A stretch of DNA of 46,091 nt from Candidatus Thorarchaeota archaeon (GTDB taxonomy: Archaea; Asgardarchaeota; Thorarchaeia; Thorarchaeales; Thorarchaeaceae). Shown in pieces: positions 18,279-28,095 of the stretch. Each line of letters opens with the position of its first letter. Position 1 is the first letter of the stretch. The notes under the pieces are model-generated. The model was not told the origin of the DNA. It saw only the letters and a list, made by a program, of their open reading frames with translations, and did not search any database. Made by a program: the position numbers and the translations under genes. The stretch is from assembly GCA_020348985.1 (NCBI GenBank), contig CP070761.1, forward strand, positions 1,206,448-1,252,538, in the 5' to 3' direction.

Positions 18279-19688
18279 ATGAGTGAAGGCCGGCGACCTG
18301 AGAATGTCTTGAATACACTGAAAGAGACGTTCCATTTCGACCACTTCTATCATTACTACCGATCATATGTACCGGCTGCTATCATTATTGGTATAGTGTG
18401 CGGGCTGTTCATGGTCCTTTTCCAGATTCTAATAGACACCACAATCACTGCACTGAGTATCATTCCAGTCTTTATTGCTCCGATCATCGGTGGACTCTTC
18501 TCAGGACTTATGATCTACATCGGCTATGAGGAAGTGAAGGGAAGCGGCATCTCGATGGCAATTGAGATGACTCACACACCTGGAGCGATGAGAGATTCTG
18601 TAGCATTAACAAAGACCGTGGCAACGGCAATATCCATTGGTTCAGGGAATCCAGTTGGCAGAGAAGGACCGGCGGTGCTCATCGGGGCCACAATAGGGAA
18701 TTCAATTGGGAGAAGACTCGGTTTCAGGGATCCATCCTTTCTGAGAGTGTTCCTAATGATGGGCTCGGCCGCAGCAACAGCAGGAATCTACAAAGCTCCA
18801 CTAGGCGGGGCGCTGTTTGCCACTGAAGCACCTTACAGGAGAGATGCCAGGCTGGGATACTTCGTTCCCACAGTCATAGCGGCGCTCACTTCCTACATTG
18901 TGTTTGTGGCATTCTACTTCTTTGCTTTTGGTCACGATATCGAACCACTTCTAGGATTTGACGCGAGCTTTGAGTTGACAATTGGAGACATCCCTCTCTT
19001 GGTGTTCTTCTCGGTGATATGCGGCGTCATTTCCATAACCTTCGCAGGAATCCTTATGGGTTCTCGGAACTACTTCACTATCAAGCTTCCAGACTGGGCA
19101 GATCCTATCGCGGGTTCAATCCTTGCATGCGTGATCATCTTTGCGGTTGGATTCATTGTGATGGATCCAGCGCTGAGCATTGCGGGTTTGGGTTATAACG
19201 TCATAACACTCGTGGCAACATCATCCGTCCCGATTTTGGTCCTTCTTGCTCTGCTTGCAGGCAAGTTGCTTGCGTCTTCGTTTGTGGTCGGTGCCAGGGT
19301 CTCAGGAGGGGTCTTGGCTTCATCTCTTTTTGTTGGCGCAATGCTCGGGAAGATCTTCGGAGACCTGATCGCGCCGGGCATGTCCACGGCATACATGGTT
19401 TTGGGAATGGGGGCTGTTCTTGCTGCGACTACAAACACCCCGGTTGCCACCACTGTTCTGATGCTCGAGATTAGTAGGTCATTCGACCTTGTCATCCCGC
19501 TCGCCCTATGCGTTTGCATCTCTTACCTTGTGAGCGGGGGTACCTCTCTCTATGAGGGACAAAAAGTGTGTCGAGAAGATGAGGACCCAGACTACTATGC
19601 CCCAATCAATATCTTGCCAAATATAGAGCTGGAACTGCGTACTGATGAATCCAATCCAATAGATGTAGACCCTTCCTCTGAAGAATGA
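18279..19688 (+). CDS. CLC chloride channel / Cl-/H+ antiporter (no CBS domains)
   Basis: GSGI, GREGP (gating Glu), APLGGALFATE, SGGVL...LFVGA, terminal SLY. Confidence 0.93.
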   Translation: MSEGRRPENVLNTLKETFHFDHFYHYYRSYVPAAIIIGIVCGLFMVLFQILIDTTITALSIIPVFIAPIIGGLFSGLMIYIGYEEVKGSGISMAIEMTHTPGAMRDSVALTKTVATAISIGSGNPVGREGPAVLIGATIGNSIGRRLGFRDPSFLRVFLMMGSAAATAGIYKAPLGGALFATEAPYRRDARLGYFVPTVIAALTSYIVFVAFYFFAFGHDIEPLLGFDASFELTIGDIPLLVFFSVICGVISITFAGILMGSRNYFTIKLPDWADPIAGSILACVIIFAVGFIVMDPALSIAGLGYNVITLVATSSVPILVLLALLAGKLLASSFVVGARVSGGVLASSLFVGAMLGKIFGDLIAPGMSTAYMVLGMGAVLAATTNTPVATTVLMLEISRSFDLVIPLALCVCISYLVSGGTSLYEGQKVCREDEDPDYYAPINILPNIELELRTDESNPIDVDPSSEE

Positions 19689-19769
19689 CATCATGTATTT
19701 GTGCCAATAGCTAGAGTTACATGCATAGAAGTAGCTTAATATCGGTTGACTTCCATAACCCACGGTTGA

Positions 19770-22532
19770 GTGATGAGTTCGTCGCTTGGTTTTCTTGTGG
19801 GAAGCCAAGATGAGGAGAGATTCGAAATGAGAAAGCCGCTCAAAGGCACGCTTCTAATTGCATTACTGTTGGTACCGTCCATCGCAGTCACAGTCTTCGT
19901 GATACAGAGTCAAACGAATGCTGAGCGCCCAGATTCTCAAACACTGGACTTTGATTATTTGGCGAGAACCTTCGGAGAGGAGATTCCTGTTCTTGCGCAA
20001 TTCACTCAGGAACTTACAGCATCCGAGATTCAGGACATCTACTCATTGGGCCTGAAGTTCAGCTTGGGCTCACCTGAATCCAGTCACTTCAAGGAGTTCT
20101 ATCTCATTTGTGGATCAGCGAAAGGCCTGACTGGATTGACACAGCTCGACTACCTCATATCAGTGGACGTGCAAACACGTGTCAACTCACTTCATGCTAC
20201 TCGTGATGTGTCGATACCAGAAATAGATGCAGATGATGTCTGGGCAGCTCTTGATGGGATTGGTCGCAACATCACTGGCGAAGGAATTCTCATTGCAGAC
20301 CTTGATTCCGGGATAGATTGGATGCATCCAGATTTCTGGTTTGCCGACGGTGCAGAGTACGACTGGATGGAGGCCTCGCCAAATGGCTATGTGGACAGTG
20401 GAAACGATACTGTTGACCTGAATGGCGATCTTATCCAGACTGTCGACGAGCGCGTCTACTACATAGACCTTGATAGTAGTGGTACGTTCAACACGACTAC
20501 CGAATGGATTTGGGCTGACAATGTGACTCAGAATGGAGCATGGGAGGTGGGAGAACCATTCTTTGTGGTCAACGACACAAACAGCAATGACCACCTTGAT
20601 CCTGGCGAAAAACTCGTATTGCTCGACACGCCCAAGACACGTTACATTGTTGAAGGAGACGGAACTGCGTCCAGAGAAATCCAGGTCTGGGATCGCGAGG
20701 GTCTAGGAAATCTTACAAGTTCATCACATAGAGACACGAATGGCCACGGCACTGCAGTCTCAGGGATCTTGCTGGGCGGACAGCTAGGCTTCCGCAAGTA
20801 TGTAGGCATTGCTCCCAGTTCAGAACTAATGATGCTAAAGGTCCTTAGTGATAATTGGGCAAATAACGACTACCTCTTGATTGACGAGGCGCTGATATGG
20901 GCCTCCAATCATGGTGCTGACGTCATCCTCATCGAAGTAGGCTCGTGGACTTATCAGTATCTTGACGGAAGCTCACCCATTGAGGGACTTATCGACTCGA
21001 TGGTATCAAGTGGGATTCCCATTATAGCTCCGAGTGGCAACCTGGGAGCGAAGGACAAGCATGCTCTGTTTGATGCTACAGCAGGCACTGCCTATCAGGT
21101 GGATTTCCATTTACCAGATAATGAGCCTCAGATTGAGACCGTCTACATCACTGTCCTATCAAGAAACGCAACTGACTTCAGTACCTGCAACTTCAGTGTG
21201 ATTCTGAACTTGGCCGACTGGGGCGGAGGAATCACAACAGTCTACCTCAATCCGGGAATAGGTCTTCAGATGTTCACCCTAGATACCACGATTATTATTG
21301 GCCCTAATACGATGACTGTAGAATCGTTCATCTCGACTTCAACTCGTTCAACAAGTATGCTTGGCATTCGTATGACAGCCACGACCACGACATTTCCACG
21401 GACCATCGTTCCGCATGGACCACCCGATCATCAATTCAATGTAACAGCACCTTCCAACACAACGTTCCATGCCTACATCTCCGATGACAAGACCTCATGG
21501 TCGGATGGTGCGATCTGGTCTACTGCGATGAAGAACAACTACCTAATAACTTGGCCTTCAACAGCAGACAGCGCTCTCAGTGTTGCGAGCTATAGGACAC
21601 GAAGCCTAGTCGCCCCAGAAGCAATCGGCGATATCGCAAGTTTCTCGGCAATAGGGCCAAGAATTGACGAAACATCAAAACAGGGCATTGCGGCTCCCGG
21701 CGGCTTTGACATAATCACAGACTACTCTAATGAATCCAGTTGGGCCTCGTGGTACAATGCCTTTGGCACACTTCCGTTCGCCGCCAATTTCGCTGGACAC
21801 CAGCTCTTCAGTGGGACAAGCGCTTCAGGACCCCACGTGGCAGGTGCGGCTGCGTTGATGCTTCAGTTGAACAATTCAATCGGTAGTCAAGTAGCTGACC
21901 TTATCAAATCCTCGGCCCGAAAGGATGGATTCACAGGTTCTACTGCGAACTCGGTTTGGGGACATGGAAAGTTGAACGTGTCTGCTGCTGTTGAATCCGT
22001 AGTACCAGCTGGACCTGATGTAACCGGGCCATCAATTGACGTGCCGAACATGTTGCCGGCTGCCCCTGAGGAACCTGATGATGTGACAGTCAGTGTTTAC
22101 GTTTCTGACCCAAGTGGCGTGGATAGTGTAATCCTGTCATACTTCAATGAGACTCATTGGACTAACGTAACTATGGTCTGGAATGGCACCTTCTTTGAAG
22201 CCATTATTCCAGCTCATCCCAATGGGACTGACATTACGTATCGAATATACTCAAATGATACACTTGACAATTGGAGTGTATCTCCGGACTATAGTTACGA
22301 AGTCGGATCTGCAACCACAACCACCACGACAACTACCACCACTACAACCAACACCACGACTACTACAACAACCACAGCAACTACGACCAACACAACTACG
22401 ACGACGCCAGCAACAACAACTACAACTACACCGCCGCTAGAGGAACCCGACCTACTGTTTCTGGCAACGGCACTTTCAATAGTACTCGCCCTGTGTCTGC
22501 TTTCGGTCCTATTCAATCGTCGCCGAGAATGA
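19770..22532 (+). CDS. Secreted, C-terminally anchored S8 subtilase with Thr-rich stalk
   Basis: Signal peptide from MRKPLK (likely start ~19827). Catalytic DLDSG, HGT, SGN and GTSASGP. Ig-like domain, poly-Thr tract, TM helix and NRRRE tail. Confidence 0.9.
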   Translation: MMSSSLGFLVGSQDEERFEMRKPLKGTLLIALLLVPSIAVTVFVIQSQTNAERPDSQTLDFDYLARTFGEEIPVLAQFTQELTASEIQDIYSLGLKFSLGSPESSHFKEFYLICGSAKGLTGLTQLDYLISVDVQTRVNSLHATRDVSIPEIDADDVWAALDGIGRNITGEGILIADLDSGIDWMHPDFWFADGAEYDWMEASPNGYVDSGNDTVDLNGDLIQTVDERVYYIDLDSSGTFNTTTEWIWADNVTQNGAWEVGEPFFVVNDTNSNDHLDPGEKLVLLDTPKTRYIVEGDGTASREIQVWDREGLGNLTSSSHRDTNGHGTAVSGILLGGQLGFRKYVGIAPSSELMMLKVLSDNWANNDYLLIDEALIWASNHGADVILIEVGSWTYQYLDGSSPIEGLIDSMVSSGIPIIAPSGNLGAKDKHALFDATAGTAYQVDFHLPDNEPQIETVYITVLSRNATDFSTCNFSVILNLADWGGGITTVYLNPGIGLQMFTLDTTIIIGPNTMTVESFISTSTRSTSMLGIRMTATTTTFPRTIVPHGPPDHQFNVTAPSNTTFHAYISDDKTSWSDGAIWSTAMKNNYLITWPSTADSALSVASYRTRSLVAPEAIGDIASFSAIGPRIDETSKQGIAAPGGFDIITDYSNESSWASWYNAFGTLPFAANFAGHQLFSGTSASGPHVAGAAALMLQLNNSIGSQVADLIKSSARKDGFTGSTANSVWGHGKLNVSAAVESVVPAGPDVTGPSIDVPNMLPAAPEEPDDVTVSVYVSDPSGVDSVILSYFNETHWTNVTMVWNGTFFEAIIPAHPNGTDITYRIYSNDTLDNWSVSPDYSYEVGSATTTTTTTTTTTTNTTTTTTTTATTTNTTTTTPATTTTTTPPLEEPDLLFLATALSIVLALCLLSVLFNRRRE
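22314..22430 (+). repeat. Low-complexity (ACN)n tract encoding a poly-Thr linker
   Basis: accacaaccaccacgacaactacc... with varied third positions; about 39 codons, mostly Thr. Confidence 0.9.
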
Positions 22533-22641
22533 AGTCTGGATTCTGACGTGAGCCTTCAGGTTACTCTATCGATTGCGCTTATATGTCACAGTTAAGGAGA
22601 TATGATAGAGTCAGGGAGATACTACTGAGAAGGATGCACTA

Positions 22642-22998
22642 ATGAAAAGCCTTGACAAGTTCCCTCTTCGTCACGCTTCGGGCTCAAGGAGGAAGAGTGC
22701 AGAGGCGGGGATATCCGTCGAGGTGATGACCGATCAGTCCAACACGATAATGATGCTTGACTGTTCTTGTTGTGAGGAGCTACTCTCCAGCAGACTACCT
22801 GGTGGAGTGTTAATCCCAATTGCCTCTACTCTGAAGACTTTCTTCAAAAGCATGGGAATGAGAAACATCGATGTCAGAGTAAGTGGGTCAACTATGATAC
22901 GAACATACCGAGGAGTCATTGACAAGTCGCAAATCCCAGAGATGCGGAAGCTATTGGAGATTGCAGTGTCTGACTTTGCGAAGAAGAGACGACCCTAG
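22642..22998 (+). CDS. Hypothetical protein with CSCC motif
   Basis: Clean 118-aa ORF with an AAGGA SD-like sequence; motif LDCSCCEE. Confidence 0.6.
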   Translation: MKSLDKFPLRHASGSRRKSAEAGISVEVMTDQSNTIMMLDCSCCEELLSSRLPGGVLIPIASTLKTFFKSMGMRNIDVRVSGSTMIRTYRGVIDKSQIPEMRKLLEIAVSDFAKKRRP

Positions 22999-23044
22999 TC
23001 GTCATCGGCTCTAAGGAGCCTTCGCACATTGAAAAGCTGGTGAC

Positions 23045-24139
23045 CTATTGATGCTGTTCTCTGAATTCCTCAAGGAACTCAGAAAGTGCTCGGACTCCCT
23101 CTATTGACATCGCATTGTAGATAGATGCACGCATTCCACCTACTGATCGATGTCCCTTAAGCCCCACAAGACCTCTTGAAAGACCGTCTTTAACACACTT
23201 CTCTTCTAGCTCTGCACCCTTAAGTGTGAAAGTGACGTTCATCAGCGATCGAGAATCCTCTCTCGCATGGCCTTTGTAGAATCCGTCTGACTTGTCGATG
23301 ATATCATAGAGAATCTTCGCTTTCTCACGGTTGACCTTCTCTATTTTCGACACACCGCCGAATTCCTTCCAGTATTCAAGTGCGAGTTTGCAGATGTAGA
23401 TGGCGAAAACTGGTGGAGTGTGAAACAGCGAGTTCTTCTCTGCTTCTGTCTTCCATTTTTGGAGAGTAGGCACACTAGCCGGAACTCTGTCAAGGAGATC
23501 TTCTCTTATAATCACAATCGTGACTCCAGCCGGTCCAAGGTTCTTTTGAGCCCCAGCATATATGACACCGAATTCTCTGACATCCGTCACAGTGGCCATG
23601 AGATTGGAGGACATGTCTGAAACTAGCGGGACGTCTGGTGGAACATCTGGCAGTGACTGGAATTCTGTTCCATAGATTGTGTTATTTCCAGTTATGTGGG
23701 CAAAAGCAGCATTGGGACTGAACTCTATGTCCCTAGGAATGTACGAGTACTTTGAGTCCGCAGAGGATGCGACGATTCTAACGTCTCCGTACAGCTTTGC
23801 TTCCTTGACGGCCTTTGAAGACCATTCCCCTGTATCAACATACTCCATAGGTTTTCCTGAAACCTGGAGGTTGATTGGCACCATGAAGAACTGTGTAGAG
23901 GCCCCTCCTTGCAACCAGAGCACCTTGTAGTCGTCGGGAATACTCATGAGTTCGCGTACAAGAGCTGTGGCCTCATTGTGGAGATTGTCATACTCCTTCG
24001 ACCTGTGAGAGATTTCCAGGACCGACATTCCAGTCCCTTGGAAGTCGAGGAGCTCCTCTTGAGCCCTCTTCAACGCAGGAAGTGGTAGCGTTGCAGGACC
24101 AGCATAGAAATTGTATGTTCTATTTCCCATTTTTGTCAC
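23045..24139 (-). CDS. serC: Phosphoserine aminotransferase
   Basis: YNFYAGPA, EISHRS, GGASTQF, DMSS, YAGAQKNLGPAG, GHRSVGGMRASIYNA. Confidence 0.96.
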   Translation of the reverse strand: MTKMGNRTYNFYAGPATLPLPALKRAQEELLDFQGTGMSVLEISHRSKEYDNLHNEATALVRELMSIPDDYKVLWLQGGASTQFFMVPINLQVSGKPMEYVDTGEWSSKAVKEAKLYGDVRIVASSADSKYSYIPRDIEFSPNAAFAHITGNNTIYGTEFQSLPDVPPDVPLVSDMSSNLMATVTDVREFGVIYAGAQKNLGPAGVTIVIIREDLLDRVPASVPTLQKWKTEAEKNSLFHTPPVFAIYICKLALEYWKEFGGVSKIEKVNREKAKILYDIIDKSDGFYKGHAREDSRSLMNVTFTLKGAELEEKCVKDGLSRGLVGLKGHRSVGGMRASIYNAMSIEGVRALSEFLEEFREQHQ

Positions 24140-24148
24140 CCAAGATAT

Positions 24149-25480
24149 TCAGCGGAGTTTGTTTATCGTGAATCCTGTATACACTTTCGGGTAGAAGAAT
24201 GTGCTCTTCTGCGGCATTGTTTCCAAGTTTCTTGACACTTCTTCAACTTCAATTATTCTCGTTGGATTCATGAAGAACACACACTGCGCAGATTCCTTCA
24301 CCGATTTGATAGCCTCGTCAACCGCATCACCTATTCCCTTGATGTAACTGACAAATCCATCACCTTTCGCAGTGCCTTGAGCGAGTCTCTCCTTGTCAAT
24401 ACCAAGTATCCTATCCAGGACCAAGGTATGTAGAATCGCGACATCCAACTTCCTATGTTCCTCTGACTTGTCAGGAAGAGCCTCATCCATGAACCCCGAA
24501 TCCTTGAGATCAAGTGTGTAGTACTGGCCATCATCCATGAAGAGGCCAAGCACATGGCCACCTTCGGCAAATATCTTGTTCATTCGGCTGAACATCGCAT
24601 CTTTGTCTTCGTGGATACCAACCTCAAAGAATTGCTCCACACTGTTAAGCAGGTGATCTCGAGAGAAACCTTCAAGGTTTTGCACCAATCTGTGTGTTGG
24701 TAGAACAACGAGACCAGGATTTGAGATGTTCACAAATGTAAGCATTCTGTACCTAGCCGTTTCCAAGTCTGGATTCTCTTTTGAAAGAGCCAGTGCGGTC
24801 TTGTATCTATGGTGACCGTCAGCGATTATGATGTACTTGTCCTTCATCAGTTCCATGATTCTTCCGGTTGCCGACTCATCATCAATCATCCAAATTCTGT
24901 GTCGAATTCCTTCCGAATCTGTGACATCCGCGACGGGGGTTTCGTCCATCTTTGCCCTAAGTAGAGAGTCCACATCTCCAGCGTGGTCAGGATATATCAC
25001 GAATATCTGGCCAAACTGTGCCATGGATTCTCTGCAAAGGCTGAGTCGATCTTGTATGTCTTTAGGGAGAGTCTCCTCATGCTGGAGCACACCAGCAAAT
25101 GGGCCAGTCTTTGACGAGTCCGAGGCGAATTCCTCCAGTTCAATGAGACCTATGAAGCCGAAGCGGAACATCCTGGTGCCAAGAACTTCGAAGTCCTGAC
25201 CATAGACGTAGAATGACTCGGTCTCATCCTGCTTCAGTACTCCTTGTTCGATCCATTTGGCCAAATGGTCTCTAGCTCTGGTATACTGGTTGTTGCCCTC
25301 TGTGTCATCATCTCGAGGCTTGTTCTTGATTATCCAGGAGATGTTGTACTCAGACAGCGATTGAAGCTGGTCCACCTTCTTTCCCTTGATAATATCATAT
25401 GGGGGAGCAACTGTCTTCGACAGATCTCCAACCTTTGACTTGTCATAACGGTATGCCTTGAAAGGAATGACTCGTACCAT
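24149..25480 (-). CDS. DUF1015-family protein (ParB/Srx-like)
   Basis: PFKAYRY, APPYDII, HEETL, IADGHHRY, PTHRLV, MPQKSTFFYPK. Start set at ATG 25480. Confidence 0.9.
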   Translation of the reverse strand: MVRVIPFKAYRYDKSKVGDLSKTVAPPYDIIKGKKVDQLQSLSEYNISWIIKNKPRDDDTEGNNQYTRARDHLAKWIEQGVLKQDETESFYVYGQDFEVLGTRMFRFGFIGLIELEEFASDSSKTGPFAGVLQHEETLPKDIQDRLSLCRESMAQFGQIFVIYPDHAGDVDSLLRAKMDETPVADVTDSEGIRHRIWMIDDESATGRIMELMKDKYIIIADGHHRYKTALALSKENPDLETARYRMLTFVNISNPGLVVLPTHRLVQNLEGFSRDHLLNSVEQFFEVGIHEDKDAMFSRMNKIFAEGGHVLGLFMDDGQYYTLDLKDSGFMDEALPDKSEEHRKLDVAILHTLVLDRILGIDKERLAQGTAKGDGFVSYIKGIGDAVDEAIKSVKESAQCVFFMNPTRIIEVEEVSRNLETMPQKSTFFYPKVYTGFTINKLR

Positions 25481-25711
25481 GCGTCTTCCACCCGCTTTAG
25501 GAATTCCTTGAGGGCGCCCGCGACTATGTCCAATCATAAGTGTTTCCTTGTTCGTCCGGAATTACCATAGGCGTGAATCTGGAGGGCAAAGCATTGACTC
25601 TCATTATTTGGAGACTGGAAGCAAAGCAATCCCCTTGGGTGGGCAACATCGACAGCCTTAAATGAAAGTGGTCTTGGAGCACGAAGACCGATTACGCCTG
25701 GGGGCATCAAC

Positions 25712-25975
25712 ATGGAATTCTGTGAGAAATGCGGTGCGCTCATGCTTCCAAAGCGCCAAGAGAAGAAGAAAAGACCAATTCTCAAGTGCCGGGAATGTGG
25801 ACACGAAAAGAGGGTTGGATCATCATCATACAAGGTGGAACATCGTGTTGACCACAGTCCAAGAGAGATGATTGTTGTAGTAGAAGAGACCGATCAGAGT
25901 CGGGAGGAGGTATCGGAGGACGAACGGAGAGAACGACGCAAAGCTATCCTAGAACATTTCGAGTCCGAGGACTGA
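25712..25975 (+). CDS. RpoM/RPB9/TFS-like N-terminal zinc-ribbon protein lacking the C-terminal TFIIS ribbon
   Basis: MEFCEKCGALMLP...LKCRECGH, followed by a charged tail with no second Cys pair. Confidence 0.8.
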   Translation: MEFCEKCGALMLPKRQEKKKRPILKCRECGHEKRVGSSSYKVEHRVDHSPREMIVVVEETDQSREEVSEDERRERRKAILEHFESED

Positions 25976-26081
25976 TTTGCCTCGAACAATCTTTAAGTTC
26001 GGAATCACCACCTATTAAGTAGGCGCTGTTATGGGCTGAAGTTGCTACTATGTTTTCATGTGGCTTGCATGGCAGGAATAG

Positions 26082-26987
26082 GTGCGAAATCGGAATGGAG
26101 GTGCTATTCAATCAATGTCAGCAGTTGAGCTACACTATGACCTTCAAGAATTCGTGAAGGAGAAGGGAACACTCGCAGACAAGCTACGGCTAGTGGCTGC
26201 GGGCTACAGAATCACAGATGATGAAAGAGTCACCATCATTGAGCGGCTAGAGTCAATCCTAAATGAAGACGGCGGTGTGCCTTTTGATTTGGACGTAGGA
26301 AACCCAAGCTCTGTCAAGGAGACAGCCGAAATACTCGCATTGGTTTCGAAATTCAGGAAAGAACATGAGTCCCTTGTTAGGAAGCTAACGAGTTTCTTGG
26401 TTTCTCGCCAGAAGGGCAATGGTGGTTTTGCAGAAACGCTCAATCTGGATCCTTTCATTGAAGACAAATGGGGCGAATCCCTCGGGCGGGAGTTCTATCC
26501 TGTCGGCAAAAGCATTACATGGCTAACAGGGAAAGCACTGGAGGCTCTATGCTTGGTCAAATACGAGGATGAGGAGCGTCTTAAGAGAGCAAGAGACTAC
26601 TTGGTGGGCCTCCAGTACGAGGACGGTCATTGGCCGGACTTCGAAGGACAGGAGGTTTCCGACCCACTGGCGACCGGGAACATTCTGCCTGCATTGAAAG
26701 CGGTCGGCGTCAATGACGACAGTAAAGTGTACGAGGACGGGCGCGCTGCTCTCTTTCAGCATCTCAAGACCTCAGTTGAAAGAGACTGGCAATACGACAT
26801 GGTTGACTTATCGGCTGTGGGAAGGCCGATATCTGATAAGGAAACGGAAGTGATTAGACGAGGGGTGGAATTGGTCGTCCAAACACAAAGCGAGGATGGT
26901 GGATGGTCACACGCGGGGACCAAGAAGAGTGACCCCGAGCTGAGTTCCATTCTGGGATATGTTGTCCAACACTGTGGGAAGTTCTAG
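26082..26987 (+). CDS. Prenyltransferase/squalene-cyclase repeat (alpha/alpha barrel) protein
   Basis: QW-like repeats: LESILNEDGGV, LVSRQKGNGGF, LVGLQYEDGHW, VVQTQSEDGGW. Confidence 0.8.
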   Translation: MRNRNGGAIQSMSAVELHYDLQEFVKEKGTLADKLRLVAAGYRITDDERVTIIERLESILNEDGGVPFDLDVGNPSSVKETAEILALVSKFRKEHESLVRKLTSFLVSRQKGNGGFAETLNLDPFIEDKWGESLGREFYPVGKSITWLTGKALEALCLVKYEDEERLKRARDYLVGLQYEDGHWPDFEGQEVSDPLATGNILPALKAVGVNDDSKVYEDGRAALFQHLKTSVERDWQYDMVDLSAVGRPISDKETEVIRRGVELVVQTQSEDGGWSHAGTKKSDPELSSILGYVVQHCGKF

Positions 26988-27011
26988 ATATCCGCCGGCT
27001 GAGGTGGGCGA

Positions 27012-27515
27012 ATGGCTACAAAAAAAGTTGCAGTTCTAGAAAGAGACGGCCAGTACGTGGCTGGTGTGTTCACTGAAGACGGACTGTACGCCACATCAAT
27101 TCCTAGGCTTAGCATGAGTGAGGCACTGAAAGCAGTAAATGGGAAGGGCCTCGAGAGAGATGACGACAGACGGTCTGTCTCAATCTTGGAAAAGGTGTTC
27201 CAGATTATTGAAGGTAGAGAGGATGTTGACATCAGTGGAGTCAAGCTTGACTTTGCAGATCTTACAAAGAACCAGATCTCAGTCATCAAGTCTCTTCTCA
27301 GAATCCCTCGGGGAAACACAATTACGTACGGGGATTTGGCAAGGAAGGCAGGACTTCCGAAGGCCGCTCGGTTTGTCGGTAATGTGATGGCCCAGAATCG
27401 GTTTGCACCTATAGTGCCATGCCACAGAGTCGTTTCCACGTCCGGGCTTGGTGGTTATGGTTTTGGGTTGGAGATGAAAAAGGAACTTCTAGCAAAGGAA
27501 GGCGCGTATTACTAG
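27012..27515 (+). CDS. ogt: Methylated-DNA--protein-cysteine methyltransferase
   Basis: IPRGNTITYG, AARFVG, VPCHRVV active site, LGGY. Confidence 0.95.
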   Translation: MATKKVAVLERDGQYVAGVFTEDGLYATSIPRLSMSEALKAVNGKGLERDDDRRSVSILEKVFQIIEGREDVDISGVKLDFADLTKNQISVIKSLLRIPRGNTITYGDLARKAGLPKAARFVGNVMAQNRFAPIVPCHRVVSTSGLGGYGFGLEMKKELLAKEGAYY

Positions 27516-27612
27516 GTAATATAGGCTATTCGCGGATTGTTTTCTCACAATCCTTTATTCAGTTCGCTGATAGGAAGCGTACGACCAGAGGGATAGTTCG
27601 GAGTGTGACCGA

Positions 27613-28089
27613 TTGAACCTAAAAGTACGCCAGAACGGAGAGATTGTCGAACTCAGGAAAGTAGAGCTTGAAGATGTTTGTCCTCCTTTGTATAGAACCC
27701 ACATCGGATACAATTCTCTCAAGAGGTTGGGATTCTCCATATCCTTCATTCGTCCGAAGAAAAGCTCATCGGGAGATTTTGAACGTATTCGATACAATTT
27801 CATGGAGAGAGGCGTGATGACGCGCCAGCTTGAAGATGAGCTGGAACCCGATATGAAAAGAGGAATTCTAAATCAGTTACCTCGTGGGGATTTCAAGATT
27901 GTACTTCTTTTGACTCAGATTCCGAGGCGTGGAGTCAACATCAGGCTTGACAAGTTTGAATACGAGTTTCTAGGGTGTATTCTCTTCAGGAATGAAGAAG
28001 TGCTCGACGTTGTCATGAACTCGACACCGACCAAGGAGATCCTCATGCCGATGTACGAAATGGAGGAAGTTGTGCCAGAGGCTGCCTAG
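27613..28089 (+). CDS. Hypothetical protein
   Basis: Clean 158-aa ORF with GGAG SD and TTG start; no family recognised. Confidence 0.6.
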   Translation: MNLKVRQNGEIVELRKVELEDVCPPLYRTHIGYNSLKRLGFSISFIRPKKSSSGDFERIRYNFMERGVMTRQLEDELEPDMKRGILNQLPRGDFKIVLLLTQIPRRGVNIRLDKFEYEFLGCILFRNEEVLDVVMNSTPTKEILMPMYEMEEVVPEAA

Positions 28090-28095
28090 TTCGAT

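Noticed and set aside
22295-22516. Poly-Val ORF on the minus strand; possible tandem repeat or CRISPR-like array
   Set aside because: It is the antisense of the poly-Thr linker. Codon third positions vary and there is no repeat-spacer structure.
26985-27012. Amber readthrough from the barrel gene into in-frame ogt
   Set aside because: An in-frame TGA follows five codons later (TAG ATA TCC GCC GGC TGA).
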